Shown: positions 1-11,615, counted from the first letter of the whole stretch. The stretch is 58,185 nt of DNA, filler included, from Bilabrum cf. latius (GCA_965178125.1; 2 parts of 2 records of this genome joined end to end with filler, not necessarily neighbours in it), one strand, 5' to 3'. Numbers and translations: made by a program. Notes: a model not told the origin generated them from the letters alone.

Positions 1-3000
1 GCAGCACTACCCCACCTTGGCCGACCTCGTCCAGTGGGCGAGGAACGCCACCGGCAACGCCCAGCGCAAGGAATCGGAGGTCGAGGTGCTCGTTAAAATT
101 CAGGCCAGCAAAGTATGTACGCAAAAATACATGTGTCGTGCTTTTGTGTTTTTATGTACAAGTACATGTATGGATGTACATGTTTGTGCTTGCTTGCTTA
201 CATGTGTGTCTATGCGCATAGAGTTATGTATACCTATGTGCGTTGACATATGGAGACATGTGTATTCTGAGCATGTATACATGTATATGTGTGTGGAAGC
301 ACACACATACAGGTACAACTGTAGCTTTCGGTACATCAATACATATAAGCGGATGCGTATGTTTGCATGTAGGACTATAATATGTATTGAGACACACGAA
401 CTTACATATGACGATATAGATATATTTCAACCTATGCATGTATACATGTATAAAACACATAGACATACACACAGCTTATAGGCACACACACACAAGTATA
501 CACAAGATCTCGTCGTATCGCGTTATCGAGATTGACCACAGCGCTCGCTATGAAAGAGTTTGTTGCTCGATCGTTGTCGGCAGGGGTTTCGGTATGGCAG
601 ATTTACGGCGGTCCTAATTTGTGTGTCGCGCCTCGTTGGCCAATTCGGAAGTCTACAGTTATTAGTTATTGGGACGCCCGCCTTATGTCTGTGCACTCTC
701 ATCTTGCTCATTTGGCCAGGCGCCAGCCTCTCGTCGATGGTCATTTGCATTGCGGGTTTTAGTAAACCTTGTTTATGTTGTTGCATTTGTCGATACCCCC
801 TTGACCTTAGGCAGTAGACAGGGCATTCAGAGCCAGGCATTTCAAAGCCCAGGGCGTCAGAGACCGTTGCGTTCGAAGTCGCATCGACTGTATTTGCATT
901 TCGGGGCTCCGTCGCCATCGGTTCCCAGGGATCGCGTGCATTACAGATGTGCTCGAAGTCGACAGCGTTATTACGAGCGGAGGCGCAAGCATGAGCACCG
1001 CTGAAAGTGATTGGCGTCTTATCTTTTTTTTTTTTTTATGTAGTATGTTGCCGAGATCGCGCACTGCCCATCTTTATCGTGGTCCGACCGCGGTTTCGGT
1101 CATCGCTGAGCCCAAGAAGTAGTAAGTCGGCTTCGTGTTGCTGCCTTTGCTTAAACACAGTCGCTTGCCGCCCATCCTCGGTCATTACGCTTGCGGTGAC
1201 AAATTCGCAGACCACAAGGACAGTGATGCGTATTGCGATTGCATGTTCGCCCCAAGCTGCAACATTATCTCACAATGATGTGCGGAAGTCGGGCGCCCGA
1301 TTCCAGTCTTCGGGCGGGTGTGACATTGCCGGGCATGCGCTTGTCAGTCGATGGTCGAGCAACAGACGGACAACGTCGTCAATTTCGACAAGATCGGCGA
1401 AGTCGTGAGCCACCGCTCCAGCATGGACAAAAAAGAGCTCGCGACTTACCTCCGTTTTGTACAGCTGTACGGCGGAGGGCGCGGAGGTCGATTCATCGCT
1501 GACTTGATGAACTTCAAGAAAGCGAATGTGCCGACTGGTCGCGTCATCGCGCTCGGGACCCAATTTTGTTGTATGTATTGTATCATACGACGCTTACCGA
1601 GACTATGCCCGCCCGCCCACCCGCCCGCCCCCCGCCCACTTCGCCGCCCCCCCCTTCCCCCTCCCCCCTGCCCCCCCCCCCAAAAAAAACTCTCCGCAAA
1701 AGTCAAAGCTGGCCTTATTATATTTTGGATGCCCACACCACATGCGTAGGACGTTCCAGTCGTTGAACGAGTTGAAGCTTTCGCCGGTCGAGGCCTGCCC
1801 CTTCTTCGCCATCGCTGTCGTCAAGACGCAAGCGGCGTGCCCGTCGATGAAGGTGTCGAACAACGTTTGCCGCTATATCAGCACATCGGACATCGCATCG
1901 TTGTCAGGACTTTGCGAGTAGACTGCATTTATATGTAGATAAGGTCGCATGCATACATGTATATCATATTTCACAGGCGGACGAGTGTTAGTACATTTGT
2001 ATGTATGAATGCATTTGTAAGCATGTGTCTAAAGAAAATATAGAAGATGTAAGTGAGACGGACAGACATATGCTCATGTATATGTACGTTTACGAACATC
2101 AACTACCAACATGTTTCATATATTCATCTGTGCATATGGATGTGTCTAAGTGTATGTATGCATGTGTATACGCATATGATACAGTGACGGCATACATGTT
2201 ACCATCTATAGAAGTCAATCGAAGGACCCAAGAAGTCAACCATGATGGCTGCTGAGCAGATTTTGCGCCAGTGCAGGTCGATGGTCGCTAATATGCCGCA
2301 GGAGATGGTCGATGTCGTTTCGCTCGCGACAGGTCGTCTCGATGTCCACATGGTTCGCGTCGTCTTGAAGAAGCCGGAGTCGAAGTTCAAGAACATCGAA
2401 GCGGTCGGCGCGAACTTCATCGACGAGATCAAGAAAGGCATGGCGGACAAAAACTTGGCCTCGCAGTCGACAACGCCCCTCGTCAGCCCATGGGCCGCCC
2501 AGGCGGCAGACGCGTCGCCATCGGGATCGCAAGTCGGGGTCGCGAACGTCATGCAGTACTCGGCGGACGGAGTCGCTGTCGGACCGTTGCAGACAGCGTT
2601 GCGCGCCGCAGGTTGCCGCTGTTCGTGAGGGTCTGTTTTTTTTCAGGCCTTTTTGGAGTCGCTTCCGCATCCCGCTTGGGCTCGCCCGCCAATGTTAGTA
2701 CCCGATGTTTGGTTTGTTCGCCAGCGCTTGCCATGCCATCTGCCCATCTCGCCCCTATCCCCGCCCCCGCACCAGCCCACGCCCCCGCCCCCGCCCCCGC
2801 CACTGATCTCCTGGCCTCTTTGTGTCTGGCATCTGTTTGCGCGCAGCCTGTCACAAGTGCATAAAGCAAGGTTTTGTCGAGGGATCGAATGTGAAGGACG
2901 ACGACACGAGCATCTTCAAAATCGTCAAGATCGATGAGTCCGGGAATGTGGAGCTCGCGCAGTACGACAATCGGGGCAAGATCGGTATGAAGACGACGGT

Positions 3001-3646
3001 CAAGCACGACGATTTCGTTACAACGTACTCGACGACGACCGCGACCATCGAGGTCATCGACAAGTGGGAGGAGAAGTCGATGTCGAAAGCGAACGAGAGC
3101 TACAATGAGGAGCTGTCGAAGTCGTACGCGCGCTTGGCTTTGCGCATGATCGCTGACGACATCGGCGAGCCCAAAAACTTGCGGCTCCAGGTGAAGCCGC
3201 ACAAGGGCGTCTTCGTCGACGCTGCGTTCGCAAAAGACAAGTTGATCCTCGTCCCCGAGACGCCGACGATCGTCCTCCGCAAAGATTGGCCGAACAACGG
3301 CTTGAAGATCGACTCGCCAATCGACATCGGAGACAAGATGATGTTCATCATGCCGACGTTCAATGCGAAGGACGCGGTCGTGCCATCGTGGTTGGTGCGC
3401 ACCGTCAGCGAAGAGAAGCAGGCCAACATGGTGATAACGAAGAAGTCGGTCTCGATTACGATGAACGTCGGGCAGAAGAAGTCGGAGAAATCGGAGAAAA
3501 AGGTCGAGATCAAAGTGCCGGTGCTCGTCAACTCGAAGAAGTTGGATGCGCAGGACGAGTTGAAGATCTACCGGGCCACTCCCACCACCAAAAAGCGTGG
3601 TGGGCTGGCGTTGTCGTCGTTTTCCAAAGCGCCGAAGCTCGCGTAG
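1..3646 (+). CDS. 5'-truncated multi-exon hypothetical protein with C-terminal SET-like region; exons <1-103, 1348-1556, 1750-1907, 2225-2611, 2871-3646
   Basis: Four introns (104-1347 GC-AG, 1557-1749 GA-AG, 1908-2224 GA-AG, 2612-2870 GT-AG) join the ORF pieces in frame (KIQ|SMVEQQ, IALG|TFQ, ASLS|GPKK, RAA|GFVE). Intron interiors are low-complexity. The last exon has KGVFVDAAFAKDKLIL ... ANM ... VPVLVNSKKLDAQDELKIYR, resembling SET-domain ends. Confidence 0.75.
506..1197 (+). repeat. ~690-bp dispersed direct repeat, copy 1 (inside intron 1 of the first gene)
   Basis: GATCTCGTCGTATCGCG...CATTACGCTTGCGGT is closely similar to 3772-4464, with scattered substitutions and small indels. Confidence 0.95.
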
Positions 3647-3771
3647 TCGCAATTCGCATTCGCGTGTCGTTTTTTGGCCGACTTGCGATCAATATTCGTC
3701 GTGCGCTCCGCCTTCCTTCGGAGGTCGACACACACGATCTCGTTTTGGCGTGAGCGACATGTCGCACACAG

Positions 3772-4464
3772 GATCTCGTCGTATCGCGCCATCGAGATTG
3801 ACCACAACGCTCGCTATGAAAGAGTTTGTTGCCCGATCGTTGTCGGCAAGGGTTTCGGTATGGAAGATTGACAGCGGTCCTAATTTGTGTGTCGCGCCTC
3901 GTTGGCCAATTCGGAAGTCTACAGTTCTTGGGACGCCCGTCTTATGGATGTGCACTCTCATCTTGCTCACTTGGCCAGGCGCCAATAGTCTGGCCTCTCG
4001 TCGATAATTATTTGCATTGCGGGTTTTAGTAAACCTTGTTTATGCTGCTGCATTTGTCAATACCCTCTTGACCTTAGGCGACAGGCAGGGAATTCAGAGC
4101 CAGGCATTTCAAAGCCCAAGGCGTCTATGAAACAGAGACCGTTGCGTTCGAAGTCGCATCGACTGTATTCGCATTTCGGGGCTCCTTCGCCATCGGTTCC
4201 CAGGGATCGCGTGCATTACAGATGTGCTCGAAGTCGACAGCGTACTTACAAGCGGAGGCGCAAGCATGAGCACCACTGAAAATGATAGGCGTTTCATCTT
4301 CTTTATGTAGTATGTTGCCGAGATCGCGCACTGCCCATCTTTATCGTGGTCCGACCGCGCTTTCGGTCATCGCTGAGCCCAAGAAGTAGTAAGTCGACTT
4401 CGTGTTGCCGCCTTTGGTTAAACACAGTCGCTTGCCGCCCATCCTCGGTCATTACGCTTGCGGT
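3772..4464 (+). repeat. ~690-bp dispersed direct repeat, copy 2 (intergenic)
   Basis: Aligns end to end with 506-1197. Confidence 0.95.
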
Positions 4465-4635
4465 TTCGCCCTGCACTCACTTTTCGAGCATAGTTGTCAG
4501 AGCGGATGCGCATGAGCAAATTGTATTTTTGTAGACAAGCATTCGACGAGAGCGCGCTTGGCATTCGCCCATCGCCCCCATCCGTCGGCAGTTGTCATCG
4601 CCGACTTCTGTCGCTCTCGGCGCATCCCGATCGAC

Positions 4636-5430
4636 ATGCCGGAGGTCGTTATCGAGCGTCGCTATGTCGTGACCGTTGCAGGCATGAAGGAGGGGGTCAT
4701 GCTGAAGACGGAGACAATCGACGGCGTCGACTTCTTCAAAATCACGAAGTCCGATCACGCACTCCAGCGCTTGTTGGTCGGGGAGAGCAACGCGAAAAAG
4801 CGAGTCCTCAAAGCGACATCGATCATTGAGGATCTCAGGGACCTTCGGAACGAGAAGATCGACGAGTTGACGAAATCGCCGATCGCGCAGCAGGACCTCG
4901 GCATCGATGAGGGTGTCGGCGAGCGCCCGTCGAAGATCCTCCGCAAGTCGTTGGACGATTTGCCGAAGATCGTGGGCGTCGCCACACCGCCCTATGGCGA
5001 CATTCCGGGTCGAATGTTGAACGTCCGCGCGGGGTGCGGCAAGGACGCGTTGTGGCTCGAGTTGTCGTCGGAGGTCGTGTCGTTCTTGGTCGATGTCGTC
5101 GACTACATGATAAAGTCGCAAGCCGAGGGCGAGGACGAGACCGCAGTTCTGAAGTCGGGGGTCAAAGGCATCTACTATGCCAAGGAGCGGAAATCGTGGC
5201 GGGCAGTGAGGCCCGACGGCAAGTCAAAGTACTTCAATGTGGAGCTCTACGCCGGCAACGACCTCGACGCCCTGGCGGTGGCGATCGATTGGCAGCTCGG
5301 CGACGACCAGGGCAAGGAGGAGAGCCCCGAGGTCGACGGCAATCGCCAGGACGCGCCGCCCGCCACGATGGGTAGGGGTAGGGGGCGCCCGCAGCGCCCA
5401 TCGAGCTCGAAGAGTTCGACCGAGCCCTAG
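4636..5430 (+). CDS. AP2-domain (ApiAP2-like) DNA-binding protein, ~264 aa
   Basis: Uninterrupted ORF from ATG 4636. C-terminal SGVKGIYYAKERKSWRAVRPDGKSKYFNVELYAGNDLDALAVAIDW matches the AP2 pattern (GV/IYY..+..W.A ... K.F.V..YG ... A..AI.W). Confidence 0.75.
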   Translation: MPEVVIERRYVVTVAGMKEGVMLKTETIDGVDFFKITKSDHALQRLLVGESNAKKRVLKATSIIEDLRDLRNEKIDELTKSPIAQQDLGIDEGVGERPSKILRKSLDDLPKIVGVATPPYGDIPGRMLNVRAGCGKDALWLELSSEVVSFLVDVVDYMIKSQAEGEDETAVLKSGVKGIYYAKERKSWRAVRPDGKSKYFNVELYAGNDLDALAVAIDWQLGDDQGKEESPEVDGNRQDAPPATMGRGRGRPQRPSSSKSSTEP

Positions 5431-6342
5431 ACAATCGATATCGCGTGCGTCTAGCGTGATTCGAGTTTTGTTTCCGTTGTCGTAGTCGCTTATCGATGCG
5501 CGGATGTGTCACAGGCTTCCGTTCGACATTCTCGCGCTCAGGTTTAAGTGGATCATGTGTCACAACCGGCCGATTGATCCATGGGGAATAATGCCGCAGT
5601 TTAGCATGTCATTCAGAGCGATGTCGAACCTTGTTTGTCGTCGTTGTCGCGCCAATTGTCGTTCTTCGTTTGCGTGCCTTCGCCCCGCCGCCCCGCTCGC
5701 TGCTCGCCCCTCGCCCATCTTGAACGGCAACGTCTGCGGCACTGTTGTCGCCAAGTACAACTTCTACAAGATGTGCCACTTAGAGGTGCGCCCTCCGCCC
5801 TTGATGCACTCGTTGCCGCCGACATGCACAGTCATTCGAGCGCCGGGATACCAATTGCGAGTCTAAGGTCGACATCGTCGCGGGTCGCTTTTAGTCTTCT
5901 GTAGAGTGTAGGGTTGGCAAGGCCGTCAAAGAAGGCAGCAACAGGACAATGCCGGAGTCAAGGCAAATGTCAGAGCATAAGTACAGAGAGTCCACAAGTT
6001 TGGCAAGAATGATATGGATTGCGAAGGTCGGGGCAGTAATGCATGTTTGGCTGAGCTAGGCGTATCACATTGGCATGATGCAGAATGTATGTTTGTCGTC
6101 ATTGGCGTTGCATTCTGGAGTTCCATGGTCGAAATTCGCGATCAGCATGTAAGGAGACATGCCATGGAGGCAAGATTTACATTGATGCCGCGTTCGGCTC
6201 AAATTTCCCAGAGCGTCTGCGCCGTCTTCGCTAAGAACCCCCTTGATCGACCGTCGTCGATCGCCTCTCTTGATCGACCGTCGTCGATCGGCCCTCTCGC
6301 GCTTCGTCGTCGACTTCGATCCTCGAGTCTTCGACGTTCGGC

Positions 6343-8405
6343 ATGTCGGGCGCGCGGTCGTTCTCGAAGATGGGCAAGCCGTTGAGCGACGACGCGTCGG
6401 GAAGCGCCCAGGGATCGGCGGCCGGCATGGCTCCGTTTCCCAACCCGGGAGGGGCCTTCGCTGCGACGCCGCCTCGTCCGTCGCGTCCGGCCCCTGCGCC
6501 ATCGCCATCGGACGTCGCGCCCTCGTCGGCCATCGGCGCGCCGGGTCCTCGTCCGATCGCTCGCAGGCCGGCGACCGCGAAGCCGATGCCGGTGGTCGTG
6601 CAGCCGCCGCCGCACATGCAGCAGCGGCAGCCTCGCGCGCCCGATCGTGCGCCGCCGCCCGACGTCGCCCAGTCGTCGTCGTCCTTCGACCGTCGCCCGG
6701 CGCCGTTCCCGCCGCAGCCGCCGATCGCGATGGTCGCGATGCCGCAGGTCCCGCAGCCGACGCCGCCGGTCGAGCCCCCGCCGCCGCACTTGTTGCCGTC
6801 GTCGGTCGACTGGTTGCAGGGATCGATGTCGCAGTCGTCGGCGCCGGTCGGGCCATCGGCGATGCCGCCTTGCGCGGCGCAGCCCCCGCCGCGGCCGCCG
6901 GTCCCCGCACAGCCGCCCGTCGTGGTCGAGGACGATACGCCGATCGAGTCCTTCCAGTTTCCCATCGCCGTCATCGCGGTCGGCGGTCGCCATCGTGCGG
7001 GCTTCCACTTGCCGAACGAGATCGTGGCTCGCGTCGGCAATCTCGGCGTCCACGAGGTCGACTGTCGCGATTTGTTGCCGGACAGGGTTGAGGGGGGAGG
7101 GGGGGGGGGGGGGATGTGTGTTGTTGGCGCAGTAATCCAAAGAGCGCAAGGTTCGCACAAAACGAGCGGTGCGGACTCGGCGCTCTTTGCCAGTAACACC
7201 AACGACGCCAAAAAAACACAGGGCGTCTGGACGGCGTACAGCGACGCGACGGTCGACGATCCGGCGCTCATCTGCGACATCTTCTCGTGCGATGGCGTGT
7301 GCGAGGTCATCGTGTCGGGCGTCAAGGCGATCATCTTCGGCGGCAATCGCGTCATCGTCGTTCGGTCGGACATGGGCAGGCATCGATCGCATGTTGTCGG
7401 CTATTGCATCGTCGAGATCGTCAATCTGCTCACCGACACGATGAACGAGCGGTCGTTTAACGCGCACTTCTTCGCCGCGTCGGCCGCGCAGTCGAACGAC
7501 GACATCGACCATCTTGTCGACCACATCGCCAATTGGCTCGAGCGTCCGTTCGAACTTCGCGAGGGTGGCTAAAGAATATGAACAAATAAAGTCGGCGGGT
7601 CGAAATATGAGGCTCGATTCAAGATTTACAGGACCATAGCGCACTAAGCGGGAAATCAACAGAATTGAACCGACTGGAGAAAAGACCAGGCCAACCAAGC
7701 GGTGTAGATCTCAGCGGTACTTAATTGCAAAAACACGTTTACCATGGAAAAAAAGGTGGTCCGATGCCGCATTCGTCGAGGTTCGGCTTCGAAGCGGTGT
7801 TCGACTCGGCGAAAGCGTCGGAGGCGTGGTTGCGGGTCCATCGTTGGCTCGACGCGACCTTCTACACCGGCGAGGACGCGGTCATGCAAGCGCCGGTCGA
7901 CCCTCGCCCGTCGGATCCCGCCCATCGCCCATCGGCTGCGGCGTCGTCGGCCGGCGATATCGACTCCGCTTCCGCCTACGCGCGCGCGGCCGCCCCGCCC
8001 TCGCATGCGCCCGTCGATCCTCGCGAATCGAGCACGCCCTTCGACGATCGCCAGTCGCCCGCCGGTCGCGGACAGAAGCGTCCGGTGTGGATGACGTTCG
8101 AGCCGAATGTCGAGAATTGGCGTGCGGTGCTCGAGGGTTGGGGTTGCGACGACGACAGCGTTCGAACGTTGTTTTGTTTGGCGCAGCTCAACGAGGATGG
8201 GTACTATGCGGCGAATTCGATCATCGGGAAGCTCTTGCAGAAGCGTGCGTCGCGTGTTCGGGTCGACAATGTGTCGGGGTTCGTCTCGAGTTGCGCGCGC
8301 ACCGCGAGGCACGAGATCGAAGATCGTCGCCGCGACCAGCGCGATTCGGAGCGTGACTATCGCCGCCGCGACCATCGGGAGGGCTCGCAGGCGGGGTGGC
8401 GCTAG
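6343..8405 (+). CDS. Three-exon Pro-rich protein (~578 aa) with RapZ-C-terminal-like and hnRNP-Q-AcD-like regions; exons 6343-7086, 7222-7564, 7756-8405
   Basis: GT-AG introns 7087-7221 (contains a G-run) and 7565-7755 join in frame (LLPDR|GVWT, ELRE|GGPMP). VDCRDLLPD...VIVVRSDMGRHRSHVV recalls RapZ C-terminal motifs. LNEDG...VDNVSGFVSSC recalls hnRNP Q AcD (FNEDG...VQNKSAFL). Domain calls are tentative. Confidence 0.65.
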
Positions 8406-8729
8406 GTCGAGGTCGACGCTCGTTTTGCATGCGTTCTTCGCGTCCGGCGCTCGTGTCGAGAAAGCGCTCGTCGATGATCGTCAATCGTCGACTCGAGCGC
8501 GAAAGGCGACGGGGCGTCCGGAGTGCGCGGCGTCGAGACAGCACAGTCGGCGCGAATTCGGATCGTGATCGGCCCTCGGTGTCGGAGAACATCGTCGGTC
8601 GCGCAGCGTTGCCGGTGTCATCGTACATCGCACCCATCTGTCGATGTCATCGTACATCGACCCCCTATGAGCGACTGGTCGTCAAAATATGTGCGGGCAA
8701 GGTCTATTGTGCATGGCCTGAGCTTGTCA

Positions 8730-9033
8730 GGGACAGTCAAGTTTGAGTCAAAATGCACGTTTCAAGCAGGAAAACCCCTTGAGACCCGTTTGGGGCCAAG
8801 AAATGCGCAAATGTCAGCCTGACGTTTGCTCAATTTCCCGGAAAACGCGCAAACGTCAGCCTGACGCTTGCTCAATTTCCCGGAAATTGAGCAAGCGTCA
8901 GCCTGACGTTTGCTCAATTTCCCGGAAATTGAGCAAGCGTCAGGCTGACATTTGCTCATGGTTTGGCCCCAAATTGGTATCAAGGGGGTTTCTTGCGTGA
9001 AACACGCTTTTTTGCCTCAACCGTGACTGTCCC
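8730..9033. repeat. ~300-bp foldback element: long imperfect inverted arms around 39-bp palindromic tandem units
   Basis: Left arm GGGACAGTCAAGTTTGAGTCAAAATGCACGTTTCAAGCAGG pairs with right arm CTTGCGTGAAACACGCTTTTTTGCCTCAACCGTGACTGTCCC. The core repeats GCGTCAGCCTGACGTTTGCTCAATTTCCCGGAAATTGAGCAA. No clean TSD seen. Confidence 0.85.
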
Positions 9034-10115
9034 ATGGCCCGTCGTTGCCAATGTCTGTTTGTCGGCAGTTGTGTTCAGGTGTGAGACTGCTCCGATGGCA
9101 AGCTTGGTGTCTGGGATGTTCGTGCTTGGATCGATGTACGGTTGCGCCATCGTGTCTGTGCGGTCGACTCGCGATGCTCGATTGTCGATCCAGTTCGGGC
9201 GGCCCCGATGCATCGCGCGCACGAGGTAATTTACTGTTCTTCCAGGCTCCGGTTCTCTCTGTACCCGGCCTCGCAGCTCGTCGGTCGTTGCCCAACTCGA
9301 TCGCATGTTCCTTGATTCGGCCTCCGTCCGTCCCATGTCTTGCCGGCGTGCCCATGCTCGCTGCACACCGAGCAGCGACTTGTCGACATGTCAAGGGATG
9401 GGTCGGTAGATGTCAGTCACTACACTTGAGTAATACTAAGGTACTTGGCTGAGTGTGGGAAGCTCGTGTCGAGGACTACAACTATGGGCGCACATATGGA
9501 TATGTACTCCGCAAGAGTGAGGTACCGCTTAATACAAAAACACAGATTGACAACGCACCGTTACTACGAGTATATATGTGTGCATATAGGAATACACACA
9601 TGGATGTACAACCATTGTCACTTGCGAGGGCGGGTGGGATGTCATGTGCGGGGGATGGGCGGAATGGGGGGAGGGTGGGGGGGGGGGGGGGGGGGGGGGG
9701 GGCGTAGAGCTGGCAAGGTAGATCGATCTTTGACAACGCGATGCTTTGTCGGTAGGTTTCCATGTGTGTTGCGGCATTCGGTTGCATACAAATGGGTATG
9801 CGTACTGGTCGGGGGCGTTCCTAGACACATGTTGGCATTATCCGTCAACGCTGGGGGTTGTGTGGCATGGCCGATGACATGTCAGATCGTCATGCAATCA
9901 TATGGCTGCGGATGTTGTCCCGACGCCTATGGGTGGGTGATGGTAGTTGCAGGTCATTCAAGTTGTCGTCTTCGCGCCCCCTCATGTACCTAGCACTGTC
10001 TAGCGCGCGCCCTTGCAGTCGTTTACGGCTCGACGCATCGTAGTTCCCTTCGGTAAGTGTGTGCTTATTTTGATACTCGACCGTCACATACCTCCCACCG
10101 GCATCGCCTATCGTC

Positions 10116-11615
10116 ATGTATGGGCAGATCAAAGCAGTCGTCGACTTCCTCTCGACCGCTCGTCTCGGCCTCGGCGACGGACAAGAGTTCGACAAGGCTC
10201 GCGAGGTGCAAGTGGCGCACTTGACCACCGTCTTGCGGAAGACTCCCGGGAGCATGGACGACGCCTCGGCGTCGATCAAGTTGCTCCAACTCGACATGGC
10301 CAAGGGGTGCTTGACGGACGACGATCGTCGCCACCTCGTTGCGACCATCACATCAACGATGTCGCAAGAGGCACCTACGTCTTTGTCGAAATCGACCTCT
10401 CGCTCGTCGAACCAGTCCCACATGCACTTCTGGAACTACATGACGGCGCTCGAGTGGGACGTCCTCAAGAGCGTCAACACCATCGACAAGAAAATCGACA
10501 TCGTCGTCACTCGTGCCCTGAAGATCGGATTGACGCACCCGAATGAGTTGACCTTCGCATCGATTACCGCCTTGTTGGTCGTGGCCGACGGCAACACGAA
10601 GACGGCTGTCGAAGCTCTCGAGATCTTGCAGAAGGTGAAACGAGTTCTTCGCGCTCGGCGGTCGGTGCACACGCAGCCGACGATCGTCTTTCCGTCGAAC
10701 GTCTCCGATTTCGTCGCCTCGTTCCCGGACTCTTGCGTCGGAGACGTCTTCGCGCCGCCTGCCTTACGCCCTGAGGACATTGAGAATCGTCGCTTGCTCC
10801 TCGCATGTCGGAAGACGCATAAGTCGGTCGGCCATGTTGTTTCTTATGGGCAACAGGCGCTCATGGCGCCGCTCGCAAACATCGACTACCACATGCTCCA
10901 GCAGCACCTCGCCATGACGAAACCCGAGCTGCGTCGGCCGGGGGAGCTCGAGATCACCATGCTCAGACGCAGGCAGAATGACGCTCGATCGGCCGAAAAC
11001 TGCCTTCCCATCGAGGATCGGGTCTCGACGATGTCCCGGGACGAGGAGCTCAAAGCTCTGTGCGATGACCCCGTCCAACGACCCGGCCAATCGCGTGTCG
11101 CGCCCGGCGATTCGACGGCAGTCGAGGCGACGGCCACGCCGCAGGAGCCTCCTGCGCGCGCGGCGACTTCGCAAACGACGCCCCCGGCGAATTCGAATTC
11201 GACGCCAGTGGGCACGCCACAGGCCGCTGTCGGATTGGACGCTACCCTGACCGATTTGGCAGCGGCGGTCGCCCATGGCAAGAAGCGGCCTAGAGACGTT
11301 TTGGAGATCGCGCCCTCGAAGCCGGCGGCGGGCAAAGCTAAAGCGAAGGGCAAGAGCAAGGCCAAAGCCAAGGTTAAGCCCGCCCCCAAGAACAAGCCGC
11401 GCAAGGTCGAGTCGAAATCGTCGAATTCGGGCAATCGCGCCGACAGCAAGGCGAAGAAGTCGCAGATTCGTGTCGAGTGGTCGCGCGAGCAGGTTGTGGC
11501 GGTGACAGGCCGCAAAGGCCCGGGGTCTACGAAGTGCTTTAAGTTTAAGGAGCTCGGTGACGCTCAGAGGGCTACCAAAGCCGCCCGGTCGTGGTTGGCC
11601 CAAAACGGTTGTTGA
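10116..11615 (+). CDS. Hypothetical protein, 499 aa, Lys-rich linker and possible C-terminal AP2-like module
   Basis: Long uninterrupted ORF with the same TCG/GTC/GAC-rich codon style as neighbouring genes. C-terminal IRVEWSREQVVAVTG...KCFKFKELGDAQRATKAARSWL has a three-strand-plus-helix AP2-like layout (weak). Confidence 0.7.
   Translation: MYGQIKAVVDFLSTARLGLGDGQEFDKAREVQVAHLTTVLRKTPGSMDDASASIKLLQLDMAKGCLTDDDRRHLVATITSTMSQEAPTSLSKSTSRSSNQSHMHFWNYMTALEWDVLKSVNTIDKKIDIVVTRALKIGLTHPNELTFASITALLVVADGNTKTAVEALEILQKVKRVLRARRSVHTQPTIVFPSNVSDFVASFPDSCVGDVFAPPALRPEDIENRRLLLACRKTHKSVGHVVSYGQQALMAPLANIDYHMLQQHLAMTKPELRRPGELEITMLRRRQNDARSAENCLPIEDRVSTMSRDEELKALCDDPVQRPGQSRVAPGDSTAVEATATPQEPPARAATSQTTPPANSNSTPVGTPQAAVGLDATLTDLAAAVAHGKKRPRDVLEIAPSKPAAGKAKAKGKSKAKAKVKPAPKNKPRKVESKSSNSGNRADSKAKKSQIRVEWSREQVVAVTGRKGPGSTKCFKFKELGDAQRATKAARSWLAQNGC

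Noticed and set aside
110-500. Cys/Met/Tyr-rich ORFs in TA/CA-rich tracts (also 1925-2200, 9500-9610, 12230-12410, 15150-15220)
   Set aside because: Low-complexity intronic or intergenic sequence.
6065-7698. Long minus-strand ORFs (499, 380, 281 aa) and similar antisense ORFs throughout the window
   Set aside because: Shadows of GC-rich plus-strand coding sequence; Arg/Ala-rich with no motifs.
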